NCBI GenBank assembly: GCA_963805625.1
Contig: CAWDVE010000012.1
Span: 32,001 to 96,000, forward strand
Reading direction: 5' to 3'
Source: an uncultured Candidatus Rokubacteria bacterium
GTDB taxonomy: Bacteria; Methylomirabilota; Methylomirabilia; Rokubacteriales; DASRDR01
Length of the DNA: 64,000 nucleotides
The notes under the pieces are model-generated. The model made no database searches. It was given only the letters and a program-made list of their open reading frames with translations, and was not told the DNA's origin. Each line of letters begins with the position of its first letter. The first letter of the stretch is position 1. Shown piece after piece: positions 39,538 through 47,017 of the stretch. The translations under genes were made by a program, and so were the position numbers.

Positions 39538-40728
39538 TCAGTGATGATGGTGCTCGTACGCCCCCGCGGCGAGCCGGAAGAGGCGAAGGGGGTAGTGGAG
39601 GAATGACAGCGCGCGCGGCAGTCTCCGCGCTGCCCAGTCCTCGACCGTGAGGGTCGTCATCGCCAGCCAGCAGTACCGGACCCGATGGCGCCACCGCTCC
39701 CGGACGCGGAGCTGGAATCGGGCCTGCTCGAGGAGGCCGGAGGGGCGGCCGTCGTCCCGAAACAGCCGCGCCCGGACCGCGGCTGCCAGCGTAGGGACGA
39801 CGGCGTCCACCTCCGCCCGCCGCCGCACCGGCCCGGGCATCGGGGCGCCGAGCAGGTCCGCGGCCACTCGGAGCCCCAGCGCGAGCATCCGCTCGCTGGC
39901 AGCTTGCCGGGCCTCCGCCACCATTCGCGCCCAGTCGAGGCCGGGCCGGGCCCGCGTCAGCTCGGCGATGTCGCAGATCCAGATCAGGCGCTCCCACATG
40001 TGCTTGGCTCCGTGCTCGCAGAGGCTCGGCAGGAGGACCTCGGGCGCTAGCGTCGTGACGGTGGTGCCGGCAATCGTGACCGGCTCGAGCCGCTCCCAGA
40101 GTCGCTTGGGCTCGAGGAGCAGCGAGACGTGCCGCGGCGAGATCTCCCAGTGCAGCTCCACCATGGCCGATCGGTCGGGGCGCACCAGCGAGTAGGCGTG
40201 CTGGGACTCGACCAGCGCCTGCTCCTGGCTCTGGCTGAGCGCCACGTTCGGACGGAAGCCCTCGGCGACCAGGACGTCCTTCGCGCGTAGCACCTCCTGC
40301 TTGTTCACCAGGATGTCGAGATCGGAGAAGTCCCGGAGGCCGACGTGGCCGTAGGCCGTCATGGCCAGGGCCGGGCCGCGGTAGGGGATGGCCGGGATGC
40401 CCTCAGCGGTGAAGCGTTTCAGGATGGAGCAGAGCTGAAGGGCCAGGAAGAGGTTGCGGCGCTGGGTCTTCTCGAAGCTTTCCCTGAGGCGCTCGGGCAC
40501 CCCGGCGGGGAGCAGGCCGGGCTCCACCCCCTTGAGGTGCCAATGCACCAGTGGCAGCACCCCGTGCCATCGGGCCGTTCGGAGGATGTACTCCCAGTCG
40601 AGCTCCCGGTCGAGAAGCCCACGGAGGCGCTCGGCCGTCGGCGGGTCCATCCGCGTGCGCGCGCAGGCCAGCAGGAGCTCGCCCTCGGGACGGGAGCTGG
40701 TGGGTCCCGCCGGGGTGCCGGGTGACAC
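39538..40728 (-). CDS. Nucleotidyltransferase family protein (NTP_transf_5-like, lasso-cluster type)
   Basis: WHGVLPL, PYRGPALA..YG...LRDFSDLDILV, VELHW and HGAKH.W.RL.W..D motifs. Confidence 0.88.
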   Translation of the reverse strand: MSPGTPAGPTSSRPEGELLLACARTRMDPPTAERLRGLLDRELDWEYILRTARWHGVLPLVHWHLKGVEPGLLPAGVPERLRESFEKTQRRNLFLALQLCSILKRFTAEGIPAIPYRGPALAMTAYGHVGLRDFSDLDILVNKQEVLRAKDVLVAEGFRPNVALSQSQEQALVESQHAYSLVRPDRSAMVELHWEISPRHVSLLLEPKRLWERLEPVTIAGTTVTTLAPEVLLPSLCEHGAKHMWERLIWICDIAELTRARPGLDWARMVAEARQAASERMLALGLRVAADLLGAPMPGPVRRRAEVDAVVPTLAAAVRARLFRDDGRPSGLLEQARFQLRVRERWRHRVRYCWLAMTTLTVEDWAARRLPRALSFLHYPLRLFRLAAGAYEHHHH

Positions 40729-40964
40729 TATGGATTTCAGCCCTGAGCGCTCGCCTGGGTTTCGCGGTGGGTTGAACGACGAGCCCGGGTCGTCACCCCA
40801 GAATCCTACATCAGGGCGTCAGCCTGACCAAGACGCCGCCCATGTGTCGAGCCATCGCAGGGAGAGGCTGAGGTTCCTGGCCCCATTGCCGAGGACACCT
40901 CGACGCCGGGGTCCGGGTCCATCTGCCACCGAGGCACGAGAAAGGGGCGCCCAGAAAGTTCTTC

Positions 40965-40994
40965 TTGACACCCTCCGCGGTTCCACGCTAAAGG
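40965..40994 (+). promoter_or_regulatory. Possible sigma70 promoter of the RRE-precursor operon
   Basis: Perfect TTGACA at 40965-40970 in the divergent intergenic region. The -10 element is weak (TAAAGG at 18-bp spacing). Confidence 0.35.
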
Positions 40995-41017
40995 TATCTT
41001 CCAGCGTGAGGGAACTC

Positions 41018-41293
41018 ATGTCCAATGCGTTCGTCGCAGCAAGGGGGTTGGAAACGACCCCCCTTGAGGAAGGCGCCGTCCTGTTCCATCCAAAGCTCGG
41101 CAAGTTCGTCATGCTCAATCGATCGGCGGCCTTCCTTTGGAGCGAACTGGCGACGCCCAAGACGGAGGAGGAGCTGGCCCGTCGCTTCGCGGCCAACTTC
41201 ACCGATGCGGCGCCGGAGACGTCTCGGCAGGACGTGCGTGAGGCCCTGGCCAAGCTGCGGGAGTTGGAGCTCGTCTCCCCGGCTGAGGCCTAA
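41018..41293 (+). CDS. Stand-alone PqqD-family RiPP recognition element (RRE)
   Basis: 91 aa: EEGAVLFHP..GKFVMLNRSAAFLWSEL..PKT.EEL...F......DVREALAKLRELELV. GAGGGA RBS upstream. Confidence 0.9.
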   Translation: MSNAFVAARGLETTPLEEGAVLFHPKLGKFVMLNRSAAFLWSELATPKTEEELARRFAANFTDAAPETSRQDVREALAKLRELELVSPAEA

Positions 41294-41319
41294 CACAACC
41301 AACCCGGGGAGGCCAACAG

Positions 41320-41466
41320 ATGGATCAGCAGGCGACGGCGCGGTACGAGCGGCCCTCGATCACAGTGATGGACGAAGAGGAGCTGCTGAAGGTCTTCCAG
41401 ATGACGGCAGCGGAGATCAGCGTGGCGTCCTGCTGGTGGAACGCCTGCCCGACCGGTTGCCCGTAA
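41320..41466 (+). CDS. Putative RiPP precursor peptide, 48 aa: MDQQATARYERPSITVMDEEELLKVFQMTAAEISVASCWWNACPTGCP
   Basis: Manually translated. GGGGAGG RBS lies 7 nt upstream of the ATG, directly after the RRE gene. YxxPxI RRE-binding motif, acidic leader and Cys/Trp-rich C-terminus. Confidence 0.88.
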   Translation: MDQQATARYERPSITVMDEEELLKVFQMTAAEISVASCWWNACPTGCP

Positions 41467-41492
41467 CGCCCACATCCTCGATCGTTCGAGCT

Positions 41493-41531
41493 CACGGCCT
41501 CGGTGCTCCGGCAACGGACGCCGAGGCCGTG
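41493..41531 (+). terminator. Strong stem-loop downstream of the precursor (mRNA stabiliser or leaky terminator)
   Basis: CACGGCCTCGGTG-C-TCCG-[GCAA]-CGGA-CGCCGAGGCCGTG forms about 17 bp of stem with a GNRA tetraloop, followed by a poor U-tract (tgttg). Confidence 0.7.
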
Positions 41532-41601
41532 TGTTGATGAGCGCCTTCTTGCGAATCCTGGGCGTCGCGGCCTGCGACTGACGCGAAGCGGGGGACAAGG
41601 A

Positions 41602-42420
41602 ATGGGAGCAGCGGCTCAGTACGCCACGAAGGTCGTACGTGGAGTGACTCTCCGTGCGGACCCGGCCCGCGAGGCCTGCTTCAAGGTCGTGAACGACGCC
41701 ACCGATCTGGCGGACTATGCGGACATGTCGCCGGTGGCCCGGCGTCAGCGGCTCCACAAGCACATGCACAACGAGATGCAGAGTCTCGAGATGGCGGCGC
41801 AGTCCGTGGCCGACTTCCCCGACGCGCCGTGGGACGTCAGGATGGGGCTGGCCCGCCAGTGCTGGGACGAGACCCGGCACTCTCAAATCCTCCACCGGCG
41901 GCTCCGGGAGGTCGGGGGCTACAAGGGCGAGTTCCCGGTGATGAACTTCGAGTGGAGCATCACCTGCATGATGGACTCTCTCTCCGCGCGGCTGGCCATC
42001 CAGAACCGCACGTTCGAGGGGGGGGAGATCGACCTCCTGCGGCATCTTGTCGGCGTGTGGCGGGAAGAGGGCGACAACGACACCGCCGATCTCCTCGACG
42101 GGATCCTCGTCGACGAGATCCAGCACGTCCGCCTGGCCAACGAGTGGTTCAAGCAGATGTCCCGGCAGGATCCGACGGTGCTGCTGAAGCTGGCCGCGGC
42201 CGTCAACTTCCTGAAGCGCGTCACCCAGGCGTTCCAGCCGGCTCCCGGCGAGGTGAATGCCGCCGGCGTGAACCTCACCGGCTTCGAGCATGTCGAGATG
42301 CTCTCGAACGTCGAGGACCGGCTCCGCGCGGGATTCACGGAGCGGGAGATCGCCCAGATCCAGCTTCAGGAGAGCCAGCTGCGGGCCTCTGCGGCAGCAG
42401 AGAAGACCGCCGTATCCTAG
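41602..42420 (+). CDS. Ferritin-like diiron protein (DUF455-like), paralogue 1
   Basis: Four-helix diiron ligand pattern: HNEMQSLE, WDETRH, NRTFEGG and DEIQHV. Confidence 0.8.
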   Translation: MGAAAQYATKVVRGVTLRADPAREACFKVVNDATDLADYADMSPVARRQRLHKHMHNEMQSLEMAAQSVADFPDAPWDVRMGLARQCWDETRHSQILHRRLREVGGYKGEFPVMNFEWSITCMMDSLSARLAIQNRTFEGGEIDLLRHLVGVWREEGDNDTADLLDGILVDEIQHVRLANEWFKQMSRQDPTVLLKLAAAVNFLKRVTQAFQPAPGEVNAAGVNLTGFEHVEMLSNVEDRLRAGFTEREIAQIQLQESQLRASAAAEKTAVS

Positions 42421-42437
42421 ATACGGCCGGCGACCGG

Positions 42438-43547
42438 GTGTCAACCGCCGTCGGACTCGGCCGGTGGAACGCGACGCTCGAGCGCGTCCTGGAGGCGCCG
42501 GAGCCGCGGCCCCGCCAGACTGAACCAGTCTGGTTCCGGTTCGGCGACGGGTTCTTGGAGGTCGTCTCCGACCACGAGCCGCTCCTCCGCGACCTCGAGG
42601 CCTTCTACGGGGACTGCGGGATCGCCGAGCCTCCCGCAGAGGGATGTCGGGTCCGCTGCACCGCGAGCCTGCTCCCCGGCGTCCCGTTGCTGTCCCTCTC
42701 GTTCAGCGGGCCACGCCAGCCCGATCTGATCGAGGTCGCGCGGAGCCCCTACCGGTTTCGCCGGCGCGAGCCGTACATCGAGGCTCCCGGCCCGGCGCCC
42801 GGCTGGCGCCTGCTGGTGAATCGCGATGCGGACGACCGCCTCCTCATCGCGACCAACGGCCGGGTGAGCTTGGTCAACCTCGACGAAGCGCCGGCCGAGT
42901 TCGTCGTCGACCTGGTCGTCTCCGCGGCCCAGAGTATCCAGACCGGGGTGCTGTTCCTCCACGCCGGCTCCGTGGGCGTCGGCGGAACGGGCGCCCTGAT
43001 CATCGCCCCGACCAACGGGGGCAAGTCGACGACCACCCTCGCCCTGGCGCGGCGCGGCCATGCCTTCCTCGGCGACGACGTGGCGGCGGTGCGGCTGGCC
43101 ACCCGCGAGCTGCTGCCGTTCCCGAGGTCGGCCGGGCTGCGGGAAGGATCCCTGGCCCGATCCCTGGAGGGGCAGGTGCAGGGGTGCCGCCACGTGCGCG
43201 CCACGAACCGTCACGGGATCGAGCGGGCCGTCGTGCGGGTCAGCGATCTCTTCCCCTGGTCGGTCAGCGGCCCGCTGCCCCTCCGGTTCGCGTTCGTCCT
43301 CGACGGGCTGGCGGAGAGCGCCGCGATCTCGGAGTTCCGGCCTGGGCTCGGCGAGCTGCCCCGGCTCCAGTCGACGGTGACCGACACGTCGACATCCTGG
43401 GGGCTCTCGCCCGGGCGTGACCTGATGCTGTTCCTCTCGGTGGTGAACCTTCTGTCCGGCCTGCGCTGCCATCTCGTGCAGCGCGGCTCCCCGGACGAGA
43501 CCGCACGCGTCATCGAAGCCGCCATCATGGAGGGAACATGTACCTGA
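42438..43547 (+). CDS. HPr kinase-related P-loop kinase
   Basis: LFLHAGSV....GALIIAPTNGGKSTTTLALARRG..FLGDD..V......LPFPR. GTG start inferred. Confidence 0.8.
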   Translation: MSTAVGLGRWNATLERVLEAPEPRPRQTEPVWFRFGDGFLEVVSDHEPLLRDLEAFYGDCGIAEPPAEGCRVRCTASLLPGVPLLSLSFSGPRQPDLIEVARSPYRFRRREPYIEAPGPAPGWRLLVNRDADDRLLIATNGRVSLVNLDEAPAEFVVDLVVSAAQSIQTGVLFLHAGSVGVGGTGALIIAPTNGGKSTTTLALARRGHAFLGDDVAAVRLATRELLPFPRSAGLREGSLARSLEGQVQGCRHVRATNRHGIERAVVRVSDLFPWSVSGPLPLRFAFVLDGLAESAAISEFRPGLGELPRLQSTVTDTSTSWGLSPGRDLMLFLSVVNLLSGLRCHLVQRGSPDETARVIEAAIMEGTCT

Positions 43548-44098
43548 ACGTGAAGGAGCGGGGCGACCACGTAGCCACCTTTCGCTGGATCGAGGTGCGC
43601 CTGATGGAGATGTTGGCCGCCTGGGTCCCCACCACGCCCGAGATGGAGGTGAAGCTCGTCTTCGGAGCCCACATCTGGGAGGCCGCGCAGCATGCGGACG
43701 CGCTGGGGAAGCGGACCCACGAGCTGCGGCTGCCCCTCCACGACAGCCTCGAGCCCGCCCGTGGGTACGTCGACTTGCTCACGGAAGTGGCCAGGACGAC
43801 CGACACCAGCAAGCGGATCGCCGCGTTCTACGATTGCCTGCTCCCGGGCCTCGAGCAGCGCTTCCGGCGTTACATCGAGCGGGTCGACACGCTCCTGGAC
43901 GGCCCCACCGTCCGGATCCTCGAGCGGATCATGGGCGACATGGCCCGCATGACGGCCGACTGTCGCGCCCTCCTAGAGGAGGTGCCGGCCGTCAAGCTCA
44001 AGGACCACAAGTGGCTCGATGCGCTGCGCCAGCGCGAGGCAGGTCTCGGTGACATCATCGTCCACCGGGTGTCGAGCCCGGCGGCGGTCCCGGCGTGA
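43538..44098 (+). CDS. Short ferritin-like protein with degenerate metal ligands, paralogue 2
   Basis: WIEVRLMEMLAAWVPTTPEMEVKL.FGAHIWEAAQHADALGKR..EL. The second ExxH is absent. GGAGG RBS, and the gene overlaps the kinase stop. Confidence 0.6.
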   Translation: MYLNVKERGDHVATFRWIEVRLMEMLAAWVPTTPEMEVKLVFGAHIWEAAQHADALGKRTHELRLPLHDSLEPARGYVDLLTEVARTTDTSKRIAAFYDCLLPGLEQRFRRYIERVDTLLDGPTVRILERIMGDMARMTADCRALLEEVPAVKLKDHKWLDALRQREAGLGDIIVHRVSSPAAVPA

Positions 44099-44808
44099 GC
44101 GTCATGGCCAGCATCGGCACGATCGTGGTGCGCGGTGGCGTCACTCTGCGAGCGAGCCCGGCTCGAGACTCCTGCTTCAGGATCGTCACCGACCAGGCCG
44201 ACATGGTGAAGCATCCCGACGGGTCGCTCGAAGCGCGTCGGGAGCAGCTGCACAGCGATGTGAACAACGAGCTCCAGAGCCTGGAGATCGCCGCCCAGTC
44301 GATCGTCGACTTTCCCGAAGCGCCCTGGGAGCTGCGCCTCGAACTGGCCCGCCAGTGCTGGGACGAGGTACGCCACGCCCGCCTGTTCCTCGGCCGGCTT
44401 CTCGCGCTCAAGGGATACCTGGGGGAGTTCCCCATCATCAACCAGGAGTGGGGCGTCGTCTGCATGTTCGACTCCCTCCCGGCGAGACTTGCGGTCCAGA
44501 ACCGGATCTTCGAGGGCCTGTCACTCGACGTCTTCAAGGAGAGCGTCGAGGTGTGGGCGGGCTGGGGCGATCCCGAGACGGCCGAGGTCATGGAAGGCGT
44601 CATGGTCGACGAGATCCGGCACGCGGCATTTGCCCAGGAGTGGCTTCGCCGCCTGGGAGCCGGTAACCCGGGCGTGACGCTCAAGGCCGTGGCGGCCATG
44701 AGCCAGCTGAAGACGATGAGCATCGCCTTGACCCCCGCCGGGCAGAAGATGGAGCACGAGATCCCGGTCAACACCGAGGACCGGCGTCACGCCGGGCTTC
44801 CCATCTGA
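44095..44808 (+). CDS. Ferritin-like diiron protein (DUF455-like), paralogue 3
   Basis: NNELQSLE, WDEVRH, NRIFEG and DEIRH motifs. Clearly similar to 41602-42420 (VRGGVTLRASPARDSCF versus VRGVTLRADPAREACF). Confidence 0.8.
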   Translation: MSVMASIGTIVVRGGVTLRASPARDSCFRIVTDQADMVKHPDGSLEARREQLHSDVNNELQSLEIAAQSIVDFPEAPWELRLELARQCWDEVRHARLFLGRLLALKGYLGEFPIINQEWGVVCMFDSLPARLAVQNRIFEGLSLDVFKESVEVWAGWGDPETAEVMEGVMVDEIRHAAFAQEWLRRLGAGNPGVTLKAVAAMSQLKTMSIALTPAGQKMEHEIPVNTEDRRHAGLPI

Positions 44809-44816
44809 GTTCGCCC

Positions 44817-45560
44817 ATGAGTACGCCTCAGGACGCCGCTCGCCCTCCGCTCGACCCGGCGCTGTTCGCCGATGGCCCGGCGCGCGATTCGCGGTTCGCG
44901 GTGAAGGACCGCTGGATTGAGATGGCCAACACCCCGGCCGACCATCCCCTTCATCAGATGGAATTCACGCATCGCCAGATGAACGAGGAGATCAACGGCC
45001 TCGAGTGCTCGGCGCGCGGCCTGAGCGACTTCCCGGACGCGGCCTGGGAGCTCCGGATGGCGCTGGCCAGGCAGTGCGTCGACGAGGCGCGCCACGTCAA
45101 GATGTTCCGGCGCCTCCTCGAGCGCCTCGGAGGGCACGTCGGGCAGTTCCCGGTGCTCAACTTCCAGTACCGCATCATCACGAAAGCGGACAGCCTGATC
45201 GGCCGGCTGACGATCCAGAATCGTACGTTCGAGGCTGGCGGGCTCGACGCCGTCTCCGCGGTGGTCGAGCAGATGCGGGCGAGGGGCGACGACGACCTCG
45301 AGCTGTTCTTCGACTCCCAGCTGGCCGACGAGATCCTCCACGTGCGCTTCGCCAACGAGTGGATTCGCCGGCTGATCCACGAAGACCCGCGAAACGTTCT
45401 CCGGATGGGGAGCGCGATGACGGCCGCGGCGAAGGCGTTCAAGCAGGTGATGGGAAGGGAAGGGACGGAAGGAGTCAGCTATCCCACCGACAGACAGGCT
45501 CGTTTGGAGGCGGGGTTCACCCCCAGTGAGGTCGAGATGGACGCGGGGTCCAAGGCCTAG
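44817..45560 (+). CDS. Ferritin-like diiron protein (DUF455-like), paralogue 4
   Basis: NEEINGLE, VDEARH, NRTFEAGGLD and ADEILHV motifs, with a C-terminal ARLEAGFT as in DUF455. Confidence 0.82.
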   Translation: MSTPQDAARPPLDPALFADGPARDSRFAVKDRWIEMANTPADHPLHQMEFTHRQMNEEINGLECSARGLSDFPDAAWELRMALARQCVDEARHVKMFRRLLERLGGHVGQFPVLNFQYRIITKADSLIGRLTIQNRTFEAGGLDAVSAVVEQMRARGDDDLELFFDSQLADEILHVRFANEWIRRLIHEDPRNVLRMGSAMTAAAKAFKQVMGREGTEGVSYPTDRQARLEAGFTPSEVEMDAGSKA

Positions 45561-45594
45561 CCAACTCGGTCGACCCGGCGACACAGCCGTCCGA

Positions 45595-46200
45595 ATGACG
45601 AGGTCGCTCAGCGAGGCGGACACGGCGACGTCCCGTCCTGATCCGGTCCAGGCGGTCGCGGCTTTCTTCCGGGAGGATCCGGCGCGCATCCTCGCTGTCG
45701 CTTCGAGCCTCCGAGGCCCCGACCGCAGCATCGAGTCCACCGTCGAGGGTAAGAGCATGGGGCGGACGCTCCCGCCCGGCTCTCGGATCCGCATCGAGCT
45801 GGCCGATCGACCCGGTTACGAGGTCGGGGAGGTGGTCGCGTTCCTGGCCCGGGGCAAGGTCGTCGTGCACCGGGTGGTGCACAAGAGCCAGCGGGGTGCG
45901 GCTCGCGGCCGGCTCCTCACGCGGGGCGACGCCGCGCTGGTCCCCGACCCGGCGATCGACGTGGCGAGCGTCCTGGGCGCGGTGACCGCGATCGACCGTG
46001 ACGGAGGCTGGGTGCCGCCGGATGGACGGCCCCGCCGATCGCTCCCCGCTCGAGTCGTGGCCTCGCTCGCGCTGGCCATCGTCGCGCGCGTGCTGGAGGC
46101 GAGCCCTCGGGCCGCGGACGTCGTCGTGCGGCTGCTCCACCGAGGACGGCCGCTCCATGCGGCGTGCCTGCGTCACGGCGGGCGAGGGGTGGCACCATGA
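45595..46200 (+). CDS. S24/S26 family (signal-peptidase-like) Ser/His peptidase
   Basis: VEGKSMGRTL..G, GEVVAF, VVHRVV and TRGD motifs. No N-terminal TM anchor. Confidence 0.82.
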   Translation: MTRSLSEADTATSRPDPVQAVAAFFREDPARILAVASSLRGPDRSIESTVEGKSMGRTLPPGSRIRIELADRPGYEVGEVVAFLARGKVVVHRVVHKSQRGAARGRLLTRGDAALVPDPAIDVASVLGAVTAIDRDGGWVPPDGRPRRSLPARVVASLALAIVARVLEASPRAADVVVRLLHRGRPLHAACLRHGGRGVAP

Positions 46201-46961
46201 AGCTGGTCGCCCAGACCTCGCAGTTCCACGTCTATGACGACGTCCTGCTGGAGAAGGATTTCCGCGCGGTTTGGAACTACGTCCAGCTCGAATCGTACGT
46301 GCCGGTACACCACGACGGCTGGGTGAAGGTCTGGCGCATCTCCGACGGCGTCCCGCTGGGCGCGTTGGCGACCGTGCTCTACGAGAGCCCCAAGCGTCCG
46401 GCCGGATCGGAGGACGCCAAGGGCACCCGCATCTATCCCACGCACACGGGGCTCGACCGGGTGCTGGAAGCCCTCAGGACCCATGCCGACCAGCTGGCCG
46501 ACCTCGTCGGCAAGTGGGGCGCCGATTTCGACAACGTGAGCGCTCGTGCGTTCCTCTATCCGCAGGGGACGGGGCTGTCCTGGCACGAGGACGCGGTCAA
46601 CTACACCGGCGGGTACGCCTTCTACGCGCATCCGGAATGGAACGTCCAGTGGGGCGGCGAGCTCCTCGTCGCCGACGAGTCCGCCAGGTCCCAGCATTTC
46701 GAGGACGACCGGCTCCCGGTTCTTACGCGCACGGAGGAGGGGCTCCGGCTCACCAAGGTGCGCATCCCGCCGTTCCTCGACAATGCGCGCCAGAATACCG
46801 TGCTCGCGCAGCGCGGCATGGGATGCTACATCACTCCGAAGCCCAACCGACTGGTCGTGATCGCTGCCGGGAACGCCCACATGATCAACCGGGTCCACCC
46901 GGCCGCCGGAGACCACGTCCGCTGCACGATCGCGGGCTTCTTCATCTCCTCCAAGGTTTGA
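46197..46961 (+). CDS. Fe(II)/2-oxoglutarate oxygenase (prolyl-4-hydroxylase-like)
   Basis: LSWHED, Y.HPEWNVQWGGEL, PKPNRLVV...H.I..V and R.TIAGFF motifs. ATGA-coupled. Confidence 0.85.
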   Translation: MKLVAQTSQFHVYDDVLLEKDFRAVWNYVQLESYVPVHHDGWVKVWRISDGVPLGALATVLYESPKRPAGSEDAKGTRIYPTHTGLDRVLEALRTHADQLADLVGKWGADFDNVSARAFLYPQGTGLSWHEDAVNYTGGYAFYAHPEWNVQWGGELLVADESARSQHFEDDRLPVLTRTEEGLRLTKVRIPPFLDNARQNTVLAQRGMGCYITPKPNRLVVIAAGNAHMINRVHPAAGDHVRCTIAGFFISSKV

Positions 46962-47017
46962 CCGCGAGCGGAAGCATGCGTCGGCCGCTGCCAAGGGCCG
47001 CCTGAGACCGTCGGCCC

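Noticed and set aside
39538-39552. C-terminal HHHH on the nucleotidyltransferase as a metal-binding tag
   Set aside because: Only four His residues at a variable tail, with no supporting evidence.
41018-41466. PQQ or mycofactocin biosynthesis
   Set aside because: No radical SAM (CxxxCxxC) enzyme, no PqqB/PqqC, and the peptide lacks ExxxY or IDGMCGVY.
41602-45560. MNIO (DUF692) or simple iron-storage ferritins
   Set aside because: The motifs are helical ExxH-type rather than TIM-barrel DUF692. Size, DUF455-like features and operon context argue against storage ferritin.
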